Source of the DNA: a virus
Virus record (IMG/VR): IMGVR_UViG_3300021964_000016
Direction: 5' to 3' (one strand)
Length of the DNA: 64,000 nt
A program made the position numbers and the translations under genes. Positions 18,009-27,928 of this stretch are shown here, piece after piece (position 1 is the stretch's first letter; every line of letters starts with the position of its first letter). Under the pieces are notes generated by a model. The model searched no databases, was not told the DNA's origin, and saw nothing but the letters and a program-made list of their open reading frames with translations.

Positions 18009-19061
18009 TTATTTAAGAGTAGTTTTACGAATAGCATTAAGATATCGTTCCATAGAAGGTGCTACTTCAGCGTCTGCTTCTGGAGCAGTCTCTTCAGCAA
18101 TCACTTCTTCTTCAGCAACGTTGGTTTGCTTAGCAAAGAAAGATTCCTTGACAGTGGCAACTTTAGATGCAAACGTTTCCGCATCTTCGAAGTCAACACC
18201 TTCAACGAGTTTCTTAAACTTTTCTGCTTGAGTTTCAGCAAGATCAGAAACTGCTTCTGAGACAATCGCCTCACGAGTCAGTTCTTCAACCTGCTCGCTC
18301 AGAGCAATTGCGTCAGCAGTAGTCTTGTTAAGTGCCTCTTCGAGTTCCTCAACTTGATCTGCTAGATCGTCAACGAGGTCAACCTTAGAATCTGGTACTT
18401 CGATGTAAGATTCTGCAAAAAGAACCTTGAGGTTCTCCATGAAGTTCTCAGCAATCTCAGCACGCAGACCATTCTGGACAGCGACTTTGTTGTCTTCCAT
18501 CCACTGCTCAACCACGTAGTTTAGGTAGGAATCAACCTTCTCGACCAACTCGCTCTTCTGCGCAGCAGTTTCTTCAGCAAGTTTTTCTTCGTAGGATGAC
18601 TCAATTCGCTCGACTTCTTCAGCGAGCTTCGACTTCAATGCTGCTTCAAAGATGATAGCAGTTTTTTGCTTGAACTCTTCGGAAAGAGTTGCTTCAGACT
18701 CGACCAACGCGTCCAGATCTTCTGAGTAAGAAGAAACGTCTGCTTCAGCAACCATATCTTCTTCTTCGATCTCGACTTCCTCGCCCATCATATTACCGTA
18801 TGCTGATTGAAGGTCAACCTTCTTCATAGCATTCAGTTTTCCATACATGGCGTTGATCATACCTGCCTTAGTCTTTGGCATTGGGTCTTTTTTGGTGTTA
18901 TGCTTGGCATCGCCTTGAGACGGTAATGGTGCTTGACCAGTGCCATCTGCTGCTTTATCCACAGACGCAACAGATTGCGCCTCAGCATTTTTCATATCAT
19001 GCCCCTTTGCTTCCGCAACTTCCGTCTCATCGCGGAGTTCTACATTTTGCTCTTGATCCAT
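18009..19061 (-). CDS. gp22: Prohead core scaffold protein
   Basis: LSEEFKQKTAIIFEAA, KVDSYLNYVVEQW. Acidic coiled coil upstream of gp23. Confidence 0.95.
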   Translation of the reverse strand: MDQEQNVELRDETEVAEAKGHDMKNAEAQSVASVDKAADGTGQAPLPSQGDAKHNTKKDPMPKTKAGMINAMYGKLNAMKKVDLQSAYGNMMGEEVEIEEEDMVAEADVSSYSEDLDALVESEATLSEEFKQKTAIIFEAALKSKLAEEVERIESSYEEKLAEETAAQKSELVEKVDSYLNYVVEQWMEDNKVAVQNGLRAEIAENFMENLKVLFAESYIEVPDSKVDLVDDLADQVEELEEALNKTTADAIALSEQVEELTREAIVSEAVSDLAETQAEKFKKLVEGVDFEDAETFASKVATVKESFFAKQTNVAEEEVIAEETAPEADAEVAPSMERYLNAIRKTTLK

Positions 19062-19074
19062 AATGGACTCCTTG

Positions 19075-19743
19075 TCAAAAGTTTTCTTTTAAAGATGAGA
19101 GGAAATTTTTGTACTCACGGATCTGTTCTGTAGATAAAAATCTAACAGGTCCAGAAGGAGCAACGATTTCAGTCTCTTTATCTTCACATATTTCTTGAGC
19201 GACAAGCACGCCATTGTTCCAAATCCAATCTACACCTTCCATGATACCATTAACAAAAGCATTCGGTGCTGATGGATCTTGCACGATGTCAACCGTGCTG
19301 AGAACAAAGTCGTCTTTGACATACGTGGCATTATCACGCTGCTCAAGACTACCCATTCCACGAGTTGAGACACCAAGATTGACACCGCCCTCAAGCAAAC
19401 CTTGAACGATTTTACCCATAGGAGTGTCTAGTATTGATGCCTTTCCTACCACATCATTGCCTTCGAAACGAAGATCAGTGATGAGGTGAGAAACTTTGTC
19501 GAGGTTTACGGTTGGACCGTCAGGGTGATTCAATTCACCAACTGCTCGACTTTTAGATACTTGTTCATCAACATACTTCTCAACTGCCCTTTCCATAATT
19601 GCCTTTGGATAAATCCGACCATTACGGTTCTTTGTTTCTGCCTGGGCAAAAACACCTTCAATGACATACTTCTTACCACCGTCTTTTTTCTCTTCAACGA
19701 GGCATTGCAAAGAATTCTCGTTGTATTCAGCAATAAGTTTCAT
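19075..19743 (-). CDS. gp21: Prohead protease
   Basis: NRNGRIYP, GELNHP, GVSTRGMGS, DIVQDPSAPNAFV. Confidence 0.97.
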   Translation of the reverse strand: MKLIAEYNENSLQCLVEEKKDGGKKYVIEGVFAQAETKNRNGRIYPKAIMERAVEKYVDEQVSKSRAVGELNHPDGPTVNLDKVSHLITDLRFEGNDVVGKASILDTPMGKIVQGLLEGGVNLGVSTRGMGSLEQRDNATYVKDDFVLSTVDIVQDPSAPNAFVNGIMEGVDWIWNNGVLVAQEICEDKETEIVAPSGPVRFLSTEQIREYKNFLSSLKENF

Positions 19744-19940
19744 GTCAGTTCCTTGATAGCAGTTTCGATAGATTTGACAGCATCTTTTTCAGATCTGAAG
19801 TTGTCTAGCAAATCTCCGTCGACATAAGCAGAATACCCCTTCCTAGTCTTATAAACTTGGGTGGTAATACGCTTATGCTTCTTGTTGTATACAAGATCGC
19901 CTTTAACTTTACTATTTCTTACTTCAGAAAAAGTTTTCAT
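19740..19940 (-). CDS. Small prohead core protein (gp68 position)
   Basis: MKTF N-terminus. Syntenic between the gp67-like gene and gp21. Confidence 0.65.
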   Translation of the reverse strand: MKTFSEVRNSKVKGDLVYNKKHKRITTQVYKTRKGYSAYVDGDLLDNFRSEKDAVKSIETAIKELT

Positions 19941-19946
19941 AGAGTA

Positions 19947-19954
19947 TATTTATA
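19947..19954 (-). promoter_or_regulatory. T4-type late promoter TATAAATA
   Basis: Exact consensus, intergenic, 6 nt upstream of ATG 19940. Confidence 0.85.
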
Positions 19955-19960
19955 CTAATA

Positions 19961-20431
19961 TTACTCTTCAGTTACTTCTGTTTCTGAATTATTTTCATCT
20001 TCTTGAGAAAGAATTTCTTCTACATCTGCCTCTGCTTGTTCGTCAGAGTACAGACCGAGGTCATCTTCTGTTTCTTGGTGTTCTTCTTCAGCACCAATAT
20101 CAGCGACTGGTTCTTCAACCTCTACTTCAGCGACTGGTTCTTCAACTTCAGGAGCATCTTCAGATTCTATTTCAGAAACAGCGTCTTCGATTTCTTCATC
20201 GGAAATCTCTTGTTCTTCTTCGCCGTTAAAGATCTGCCCTGCAAGTCTGACCTTCTCTGCTTCCAGGGCATCATTAACTCTAGATGCCATTAAGTCGCTA
20301 AAAATTTTAGAAGCATCTAATGCTTTCTCTGCTGAGATTGCATTTAGTAGGTCTTCAGATGAAACCTCGGGAGTTTCTACTTCTTCAGATTCGTTTTCTT
20401 GTTCTAACACTTCACTCATTTCATTCTCCAT
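19961..20431 (-). CDS. Acidic prohead core protein (gp67-like)
   Basis: Very Glu/Asp-rich. Immediately downstream of the portal gene. Confidence 0.7.
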   Translation of the reverse strand: MENEMSEVLEQENESEEVETPEVSSEDLLNAISAEKALDASKIFSDLMASRVNDALEAEKVRLAGQIFNGEEEQEISDEEIEDAVSEIESEDAPEVEEPVAEVEVEEPVADIGAEEEHQETEDDLGLYSDEQAEADVEEILSQEDENNSETEVTEE

Positions 20432-20435
20432 TTAA

Positions 20436-22004
20436 TCATGAGGGTTGTTCTTCGCCACCTTCGTCTGGCACTATTTCGCCATCTTGTACTTCGGTGTCGA
20501 TTTGCTTCATCATTTCTTCTGCTTCTTCTTCAGTGAAACGGAAGATATTCTTCATTACCCATTGTTTAGATAGGTATTCTCCAACATATTGAGATGCTTG
20601 GTCCATAGTTTGTAGACGTTGCGCCATTACTTCTGCATCTTTTAGTTCGGTGTAATGATTGTCTTTGTAAAAATCTACAGAGATTCTATTATGGAACAAC
20701 TCAATCCAATCGCTGTCAGTTATTATTCCCTTCAGCACCAACTGTTGTCGAAGGATTTGCGTGAACAGTTTAGAGAACCGAGAACGCAAACGGGTGACAA
20801 ATTTCTGGAACTTAATTTCCTCACGATTGATTTCAGTAGCACGACCGAGGGAGTACGCCTGTTCTTGTTCAAGACGTGATACTGGTACATTGAGTGCTTG
20901 ATAGACCTTTCTCTGGAAATAACGAACGTCATCAATCTCGCCAAGGTTCTGTCCACCTGGAAGGGTGGTCACTTCAGTACCACGACCACCTTCACGACGA
21001 GGCAACCAGAAGTCGTCGAGCATAGACATATGCTTACGAGAGTCCTTCAGTTCTCCAGTTGCTTGATCGTAAACAAGTTTGTTACGGTAACGAGTCATCA
21101 AGGAGTTTAGATATTCTTCTGCTTTACCCTTTGGCAAGTTACCAGTGTCAACGTAAAAGATACGACGCTCGGGGGCACGTGCTAGACGGTAGATAATCAG
21201 AGAGTCCTCCATCATACGCAACTGGTTAATTGGACGCAGTGCTTTGTGGAGGTGAGAAACTACCTTTGCTTTGGTTTCATCTAGCAGACCAGAAGTAACA
21301 TAAACAACAGAATCGTTGCTCAAACGCACAGCACTATTCTTTGGGTCTATATTATGAGAGGTCGCTCCTTTCTTATCAGAAACACTTTTTTCTGAATAAA
21401 TGTAAAACTCTTCAACTTTGTCAACCAGAGAAACGCCAGTTGCTGGATCAGTTTTCTTCTTTACATTTTTAACTTTGCGAATTTTGGTTGAGTCGACGTA
21501 ACGGATTTCTTGAATACCTTGCTTCAAATTATTCTTGTCAACAACCAAGTGATGGTACAGTCGACCGTCGACGTACCAAGATTTAAATATGTCATGAGCA
21601 CGTTCGTTAAACGTGAGCATATTCAAAACATTTTGAAATTCTTCATGAACCTTATTCTTGATCCCCTTTGACAACTCTACAGCATCGAGGTTCAATTCTA
21701 CGATATTCTCATCGTCTTGAGGGTTTACTATTGCTTCGTTGACGATTTCTTCAATCGCCATATCTACTTCGGCATGAGTAGCAGCGGTGCGGTACTTACG
21801 AATCAAATCTGCTTGATCTTTTACTTGAAGGTCAGCATAAATGTCCATATGTGTACCAAAGTGGTACGAAGGAGAAGTCACATAACTTGCACCATCATCA
21901 TCAGTAGGAGCAACTACTGAGGCAACAGGAATTGGTGTTACTGCCTCTTCGTCTTTCTTTGCTCGCTTTATCTCAAAACCAAAAAGTTTAATGCCTTCTG
22001 CCAT
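20436..22004 (-). CDS. gp20: Portal protein
   Basis: WYVDGRLY, NQLRMMEDSLIIYRLARAPERRIFYVDTGNLPK, DFWLPRREGGRGTE. Confidence 0.99.
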   Translation of the reverse strand: MAEGIKLFGFEIKRAKKDEEAVTPIPVASVVAPTDDDGASYVTSPSYHFGTHMDIYADLQVKDQADLIRKYRTAATHAEVDMAIEEIVNEAIVNPQDDENIVELNLDAVELSKGIKNKVHEEFQNVLNMLTFNERAHDIFKSWYVDGRLYHHLVVDKNNLKQGIQEIRYVDSTKIRKVKNVKKKTDPATGVSLVDKVEEFYIYSEKSVSDKKGATSHNIDPKNSAVRLSNDSVVYVTSGLLDETKAKVVSHLHKALRPINQLRMMEDSLIIYRLARAPERRIFYVDTGNLPKGKAEEYLNSLMTRYRNKLVYDQATGELKDSRKHMSMLDDFWLPRREGGRGTEVTTLPGGQNLGEIDDVRYFQRKVYQALNVPVSRLEQEQAYSLGRATEINREEIKFQKFVTRLRSRFSKLFTQILRQQLVLKGIITDSDWIELFHNRISVDFYKDNHYTELKDAEVMAQRLQTMDQASQYVGEYLSKQWVMKNIFRFTEEEAEEMMKQIDTEVQDGEIVPDEGGEEQPS

Positions 22005-22025
22005 TATTCGGTCCTTTATTTACAG

Positions 22026-22054
22026 GAAAAGGAGGGGAGCAGAACTCCCCTCCT
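22026..22054 (-). terminator. Hairpin / probable terminator after gp19
   Basis: AGGAGGGGAG-TTCTG-CTCCCCTCCT followed by a short T run. Confidence 0.7.
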
Positions 22055-22081
22055 GTTACTACTTATACGACAATTTCAACC

Positions 22082-22621
22082 TTAGTTGGTGTTGTCGTTT
22101 GTCCAGTAGTCGTACTCGATAGTTACAGTGAACTGCTCGATTTCCCCTACCTGAGAGTAGTCGAGATCGATCGCTGAAACGTTTGATGGGAAACAGTTTT
22201 TCAAGTAGTAAGTCTTGATACCGAAACCCGTCTGATCGAGTTGAATGACTTCCATATTAGTAGCATAGGATCCAAAACCAGCGTTGTTGGATTGAATACC
22301 TTGGTTGCCTTCATGAGAATTAATCCCGTCCATCCATGATTCGAAGGCATCTCGAATACTAAAATTGGTGTCATTATAGACAGTAATTGTCCATGGTTCA
22401 AAGGTGCGATCACCTGCTAACTTAACGATACGTCCACGGAATGGGACCTCGACAGTAGCAACAGTGGACGCTGGAAGTTGTGCAGCACGGCACATGAAGT
22501 TGGTCAATTCTTTGTTACCACCAGCATAACCTGGGAAGTTAACATTGACCTCGAACATATTGGCACGTGCACCGCCACCAGTAAGTTTACCTTTGAAGTC
22601 ATCTACGCGCAAAATTGCCAT
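22082..22621 (-). CDS. gp19: Tail tube protein
   Basis: GGGARANMF, VPFRGRIVKLAGDRTFEPWTITVYND, IEQFTVT. Confidence 0.97.
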   Translation of the reverse strand: MAILRVDDFKGKLTGGGARANMFEVNVNFPGYAGGNKELTNFMCRAAQLPASTVATVEVPFRGRIVKLAGDRTFEPWTITVYNDTNFSIRDAFESWMDGINSHEGNQGIQSNNAGFGSYATNMEVIQLDQTGFGIKTYYLKNCFPSNVSAIDLDYSQVGEIEQFTVTIEYDYWTNDNTN

Positions 22622-22647
22622 TTTTCTTTCTCCTTAGATGTCTTCGA

Positions 22648-24423
22648 TTATACCGTACCAACCACTTCTTCAAAATCAAGTCCGCCACGAACAGCGACGA
22701 AGTTGAGAGTGATGAAGTTGATAGAGTAGGCAGGTTTGATGAATACTGAAGCGACCAGTTCGTTTCGAGCAATTACTTCTGGAGTATTGTTTCTCTCGTC
22801 ACATTGAACAAAGAATGCGTCAATACCGCGTCGAGCTTGAATCTCTCGCAAAAGAGGTTCAACGATGGCAACAAACTCTGAGCGAGTAAATTCATCGTTA
22901 AACTCGAACATAAAGTTACGAGCAGCGATAGCGATTGATTTCTCGATCGCGAGGAACAAACGTCGCACGTTAATCCTATCAAAGGCAGATGGACGAGATT
23001 GCTTAGTCTTGTCGCCGAACAACAAGATTCCTCGACCTGCGAACTGTACGATTGGGTTTACACCCGCTTTGTACAGAGAATCGCGGTTTGCTTTTGTAGG
23101 AGAATATGCGAGATTGGTTACTCCCTGATATAGTCCTCTTCGCTCACCAGCAGGTGAGTACCATGGTCCAAAGTTTGCGTCAGTAGCAGCCAATAGACCA
23201 GCAGTAGTAGAAGCAGCAGGGATGTAAATATAATTATCATTATACTTATCGTAAACTCGAAGATAGTTATTATCTACAATCAAGTAGTTAGAACCAGTGA
23301 ACCTATCTGTTGTAGCAAGAGTATCGGTTACTGGGGTGATGTTATTAACAACTGCTGCGCGGTTTGGAGAAGTTACGACAACACAATCCTTACGGGTTGT
23401 TTGTGCAATTCCAACAAGGTCGTTTACAATAGTTACTTGATCATCAGCAGTAGACAATCCAGGGGAGACCAAGATTTGTACATCAATCTCGTCCTTGTCT
23501 TCGAAGTTATCGAAACCCAGTAGGTAATCTCCAACAAGAAGAGTTCCAGGGTCAGAACCACCACCAAGAGCAGCACTAGCAGAATCTTCAGACCAAGAAG
23601 AGTTGTCAGCATAGTTGGTGCTTGATCCACTAGGTGCGTTGCCCCAGTTATCCCCTTTGGCGAAGTAGGTTTTATCTGAGTCGAAATCGCCGAACCACAA
23701 GTATCTAGAACCGTTGTTGATAACAGTCTTGATGTAGTTATCGCCACCATCTTCGGTCTTTGCACCAAGTGCAAGGGAAACATACGGGAAAACTTCCAAT
23801 ACGGTTCCTTTCGTTCCGGAGATGAGTCCGTCTGAGTCGATTACAGCAATATGGATTTCGTCATTAGTTACGGTTCCAGGTTGCTTGGTTGCCCAGTCAG
23901 AAGTTCCTGGGATCCCATCAAATTGGCCGGCATACGTCCAATTTTCCCAATAAGTTGCAGTATTAGAAGAACCTGCAGATTCACCGCCCTCAATAAAGAA
24001 GGCAGAAACTTTCAGAGAATTTCCAAGATCTCCTGGATATTTTGCTATCCACATATCCGCTGTTGGGGCAGTTCTATCAAAATGATCCTCGTTCTCAATG
24101 AGAATACCATTGGTTGTGGAGTTAGCATTTGAAGCTGAATCTGATCCAGATGCGCGAGTTATTTGTCGGTTTACGATAAGGTTTCCAGAATAACGTAGAT
24201 ACTGAGCAGCAGAGAAGTAGTCAACTGCACGAGACGTATCTGGGGTACCAAATACTTCTGCGAGTTGTGCTTCGTTCTCAATGCGAGTAGGAACGTCTAC
24301 TGGACCCCACTTAAATGACCCAACCATACCACTAAGTGAAGTCTCGACATTAGGTGCAACACCAGTAAGGTCGATTTCCTTCACAACAATAGCAGGTGAG
24401 ACTGAAGGTGTAGTCAGTGCCAT
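22648..24423 (-). CDS. gp18: Tail sheath protein
   Basis: SPAIVVKEIDLT, PWYSPAG, GDKT, SAFDRINVRRLF, FEFNDEFTR. Confidence 0.98.
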   Translation of the reverse strand: MALTTPSVSPAIVVKEIDLTGVAPNVETSLSGMVGSFKWGPVDVPTRIENEAQLAEVFGTPDTSRAVDYFSAAQYLRYSGNLIVNRQITRASGSDSASNANSTTNGILIENEDHFDRTAPTADMWIAKYPGDLGNSLKVSAFFIEGGESAGSSNTATYWENWTYAGQFDGIPGTSDWATKQPGTVTNDEIHIAVIDSDGLISGTKGTVLEVFPYVSLALGAKTEDGGDNYIKTVINNGSRYLWFGDFDSDKTYFAKGDNWGNAPSGSSTNYADNSSWSEDSASAALGGGSDPGTLLVGDYLLGFDNFEDKDEIDVQILVSPGLSTADDQVTIVNDLVGIAQTTRKDCVVVTSPNRAAVVNNITPVTDTLATTDRFTGSNYLIVDNNYLRVYDKYNDNYIYIPAASTTAGLLAATDANFGPWYSPAGERRGLYQGVTNLAYSPTKANRDSLYKAGVNPIVQFAGRGILLFGDKTKQSRPSAFDRINVRRLFLAIEKSIAIAARNFMFEFNDEFTRSEFVAIVEPLLREIQARRGIDAFFVQCDERNNTPEVIARNELVASVFIKPAYSINFITLNFVAVRGGLDFEEVVGTV

Positions 24424-24495
24424 GTTTGTTTCCTCTTTCGATCGAAAAATTATATGCTAGCATTATAAGGTCGACGCTTAGGCGTTCAATGTATT

Positions 24496-24503
24496 TATTT
24501 ATA
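24496..24503 (-). promoter_or_regulatory. T4-type late promoter TATAAATA upstream of gp18
   Basis: Exact consensus, intergenic. Confidence 0.85.
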
Positions 24504-24519
24504 ATAATCCGGATCTACG

Positions 24520-26133
24520 CTAAATTTCCATCAAACTCCAAGGATTTAGTTTCTCTTCGTATGTTATTTCTTCTTCAGGTTGTGATTTAAACCCGAAAGG
24601 AGGAACATCTTCTTCGATCTCTTTCATCCTCTGATCAAACATCATTTTGCGGACGTCTATGTCTGTCATTTCAGCAAAGAATGTGGTTTGAACGAAAAAC
24701 CCAAACATAACTAAATTCATAACCAAATCATCATGATTTCCGTCTGATGCTTCATAAGAAGCACCCTTTGCTTCAAAAGTGCTTATCTCAAGAATGGTGT
24801 TTTCATCAACCACCTCAAGTTTGTTTTCTTCCATCAAATCTTTAAATCCAGAGCAACCTATTCTTTTGGTTCTTCTGGTCATCTCAACACCGATACCGCT
24901 GGACTTAACAGTAGAAGACATATGCACGTTTTCGTATTCTAATTCGTGGTATAATCCGTTACAAACAACAGCACCAGCATCGTTTGATTCAATCACAACG
25001 TATGCTTCGTTGAAACTTTTTGCCCACTTGTAAATTATATTCGGATATAGAAGGGGAGATATCAAATTGTTTCGATAAGTTGCCACCTGTTTGAAGGGAC
25101 GACTGCTTATATCAATGACAGTAAATGTACTGTAATCCTGCCCTCGACCCTTACTCACGTCAACGCACATAACATATTGAGAACCCTTTCTTGGTTCGTC
25201 ATATATTAAAAGGTCTCCACCCTCTAATATTCTTTTTGGTCTCGCCGCCTTTAGGTTTAATAGGCATTCAGCGTTTACGAGAGTGTTCCCTGTTCCGAAG
25301 AAGGTGTTGCCAAATTCCTGATCAAACTGTATCTGTGAGGTGTTGTTTATTGTTTCTTCTTTCCATGCCTCGTCTCTTCCAGGAACGTCCCACCAATCAA
25401 CACGGAAAGGTTTATATTCATTTACACCCTGCACAGCACCTTCCCATATTTTATGAAAAGGATTGCCAATACCATTTGCAGTAGAAGTAATAATTACTTT
25501 TGTCTCTTTTCCAGAGGTAACTACAGGATAAGTTGAAGTGTAGAACTCTGCTGCTCTTTCTACAAAAGCAAATTCGTCAAGAAATAGCAAGTTTACAGAC
25601 TGACCACGAATAGATGATCCCGAAGTAGCAGCAGCGAATATTTTTGAGTTGTTACTAAATTCTATGCTGCCTTTATTGAGAACTTTGCATCCAGGTTGAA
25701 GATAAAATGGCAAGTTCTCGAGCATAAGAGTTACACGAGACAACATTTCGCGAGCAGTAGCACCTTTGTTGGCAAGTACTGCTACATTTTTTTCTGGATG
25801 AAAGATAGCATACCAAAGAAGATATGCTACTGAAGAGATAGACTTACCAGACTGTCGGCATGCTAGTACGACCGAAAACCTGTTAGAATTGAAGTGAGTA
25901 AACATCTCATCTTGATATGGATATAACTCAAAGGGGACTAGTCCGTCGTTCAGGTTTATGATTTTTATATGAGTTCTAGCGAAATAAGCAGGATCCGCCA
26001 TACACTTGGCATATTCTGCTACCTTTTCTTGGGTCCATTCCTCTTCTACCCCATCTCTTTTTACATGAGGGTTGCCAAGATAATGGGTGTCCGACCTAAA
26101 TTTAGTCGTGTCCTGAATCTTCAATTCTGTCAT
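24520..26133 (-). CDS. gp17: Terminase large subunit
   Basis: YLGNP, RQSGKS, LFLDEFAFV, ITSTANG, VDVSKGRGQDYS, HDDLVM. Confidence 0.98.
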   Translation of the reverse strand: MTELKIQDTTKFRSDTHYLGNPHVKRDGVEEEWTQEKVAEYAKCMADPAYFARTHIKIINLNDGLVPFELYPYQDEMFTHFNSNRFSVVLACRQSGKSISSVAYLLWYAIFHPEKNVAVLANKGATAREMLSRVTLMLENLPFYLQPGCKVLNKGSIEFSNNSKIFAAATSGSSIRGQSVNLLFLDEFAFVERAAEFYTSTYPVVTSGKETKVIITSTANGIGNPFHKIWEGAVQGVNEYKPFRVDWWDVPGRDEAWKEETINNTSQIQFDQEFGNTFFGTGNTLVNAECLLNLKAARPKRILEGGDLLIYDEPRKGSQYVMCVDVSKGRGQDYSTFTVIDISSRPFKQVATYRNNLISPLLYPNIIYKWAKSFNEAYVVIESNDAGAVVCNGLYHELEYENVHMSSTVKSSGIGVEMTRRTKRIGCSGFKDLMEENKLEVVDENTILEISTFEAKGASYEASDGNHDDLVMNLVMFGFFVQTTFFAEMTDIDVRKMMFDQRMKEIEEDVPPFGFKSQPEEEITYEEKLNPWSLMEI

Positions 26134-26467
26134 AGTCTGGTGTAACGTCCTTCTCGTTCATGTCTTTCAACATGCGCTGAAGGTCTGTGGTTGAACCGAT
26201 AAAGACGTTATTGGTAGTCTGCCCCTGAGGAAGAGCAGGTTTGTCTTTCTTTTCTATATCCTTCATTTTCTTGTGAAGGTCTAAAAGTTGAGAGGAGGTG
26301 TCTGCTGTATCTTTTATCAACTTGGAAAGGACTTCATAGGCGCGAGGGTGTTCGCTGCTCTTAGCGACCTCGATCATTTCCTCTACACCTTCTCTACCCT
26401 TACATATCAGGTCGTAAAGAGTCTCGCGAGTAAACTCAAAGTCGTTGTCTTTTTCTTCGTCGCTCAT
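26102..26467 (-). CDS. gp16: Terminase small subunit
   Basis: SEHPRAYEV and TTNNVFIGSTTDLQRML. Confidence 0.93.
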   Translation of the reverse strand: MSDEEKDNDFEFTRETLYDLICKGREGVEEMIEVAKSSEHPRAYEVLSKLIKDTADTSSQLLDLHKKMKDIEKKDKPALPQGQTTNNVFIGSTTDLQRMLKDMNEKDVTPDYDRIEDSGHD

Positions 26468-27147
26468 TTGAACAACCTGTTTTCTGTGTGCAACTTATAT
26501 AGCACTTCCATTGGTTGCAGAAAAGCAACCTGTAAGTGATACCTATAATGTTCATTATTTTCATAACCATGAACTGCTTCTGTGTTACCAGCATAACAGT
26601 GATAGAAATTAATGGGCAGAGTTTCCCCTTCTGTAGTATAATATGTCAAAGGTGCCCAATCCTTTTCGTTATATGGTTCAAGGGGAAAGAATATAACAGA
26701 TTCTCTGTGTTTGCCAAAGGTGCGTTGATCCATGTGAGGAGACATATATCCGTATGGTTCTGTGCTACTCACAATAAAATAAAAGAGATATTTTTTTGCT
26801 TCTTCGGTGAACATATTGTAGATAGAATCTACAACAGGGTCATAATCAGGAACAACATCTTTTAATCCATGTAGTCCATACATACCAACCCAATTATATC
26901 TTAGTCCTTCATTCGCTACAGAAGAACTAACGTTATGAGCGGTTGTTTGCGCGCCTGAAATAGTACCAAACATCAATTCAGAAGCAATAGAATCATATCC
27001 CGATAACTTAACCTTTTTAAACTTCTCTAAAGGAATATCTTTGTTCTGCTTTGCCCTTTCTATAAGATGTTTTCTTGTTTCTTTGGGCAACTCTACATTT
27101 GGAATTTTAAAAAAATAATGATGTTCAGGTGTAGTCATGTGGTACAT
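26464..27147 (-). CDS. Putative 2OG-Fe(II)/cupin oxygenase (Asp/Asn beta-hydroxylase-like), inserted between gp15 and gp16
   Basis: SPHMD (HxD) ... NTEAVHGYEN ... RYHLQVAF. Start uncertain (27138 or 27147). Confidence 0.55.
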   Translation of the reverse strand: MYHMTTPEHHYFFKIPNVELPKETRKHLIERAKQNKDIPLEKFKKVKLSGYDSIASELMFGTISGAQTTAHNVSSSVANEGLRYNWVGMYGLHGLKDVVPDYDPVVDSIYNMFTEEAKKYLFYFIVSSTEPYGYMSPHMDQRTFGKHRESVIFFPLEPYNEKDWAPLTYYTTEGETLPINFYHCYAGNTEAVHGYENNEHYRYHLQVAFLQPMEVLYKLHTENRLFK

Positions 27148-27928
27148 ATGTATCGCTGTCTAGAACTGAAGTGACCAAAGAATAATCCGAATCTTGAGAA
27201 ACTGGTCTTGGGTTAGTTTCTACGCGCACGGTTTCTAAGTACAAATCAGTTCCAGCAGAGTCTACATCCATATTAAAAAGGTCAAAGTCGACGCGGGTGA
27301 TAACTTCACTTTCTGATGGTTTTGGTCCATAGAAAGCAACTTTCATGTCAAAGGTCAATGTATATATTATAGTTCTACGGTTTTCCATAGAACCTTCGAA
27401 GTCGTCAGTAAAGACAACAGATTGGAGAATAACAGGAACGTCTTCGACAATGCTGTTATAGTCTGCTACTGGTTTTACAGAAACAGTATACTGTGGTGCA
27501 AAGTATGGTAAGATTTGTTCAACCACTTGTAATGCATCGTCGTGTTGCTTTGCATAAACACTCAACTCAAAAGTTATGATATAAGGAGTTGCAGCATAAA
27601 ACTTGGTTGCTTTTTGGTTGTCTTCAGCACCAGTTTTAGAAAAATAATTCATCTTGGGTAATTGACGCTGCGGGTCATAAGAAATAGCAGATATTTCAAA
27701 CGACATCCGAGGCAACTTGATAGCAAGTTGCCTTTCGTTATCTTCCCCATCATTCATCTCGTTTATACGCTCAAGAAATTTCCTTTGCGGAGCATATGCC
27801 AGAGGAACTTTCATTTGATCATAAACCGTACTACCAGATTTTCTGATCATATAAATGTTATTAAACAGAGAACCAAAAATGGCAACCGATTTTCGGACAC
27901 GTTCATTATAGAAGTGAGTTCCAAACAT
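27125..27928 (-). CDS. gp15: Tail sheath stabiliser / completion protein
   Basis: HFYNERVRKSVAIFGSLFNNI, KVPLAYAP, LPRMSFE, QVVEQILPYFAP. Confidence 0.95.
   Translation of the reverse strand: MFGTHFYNERVRKSVAIFGSLFNNIYMIRKSGSTVYDQMKVPLAYAPQRKFLERINEMNDGEDNERQLAIKLPRMSFEISAISYDPQRQLPKMNYFSKTGAEDNQKATKFYAATPYIITFELSVYAKQHDDALQVVEQILPYFAPQYTVSVKPVADYNSIVEDVPVILQSVVFTDDFEGSMENRRTIIYTLTFDMKVAFYGPKPSESEVITRVDFDLFNMDVDSAGTDLYLETVRVETNPRPVSQDSDYSLVTSVLDSDTYVPHDYT

Noticed and set aside
22016-22067. Late promoter variants TATAAGTA (22060-22067) and GTAAATA (~22017-22023) before gp20
   Set aside because: Both deviate from consensus and I cannot tell which, if either, is used.
13536-26133. Introns or inteins in uvsW, gp17, gp20 or gp23
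   Set aside because: All are uninterrupted and of normal length, with no intein splice motifs seen.
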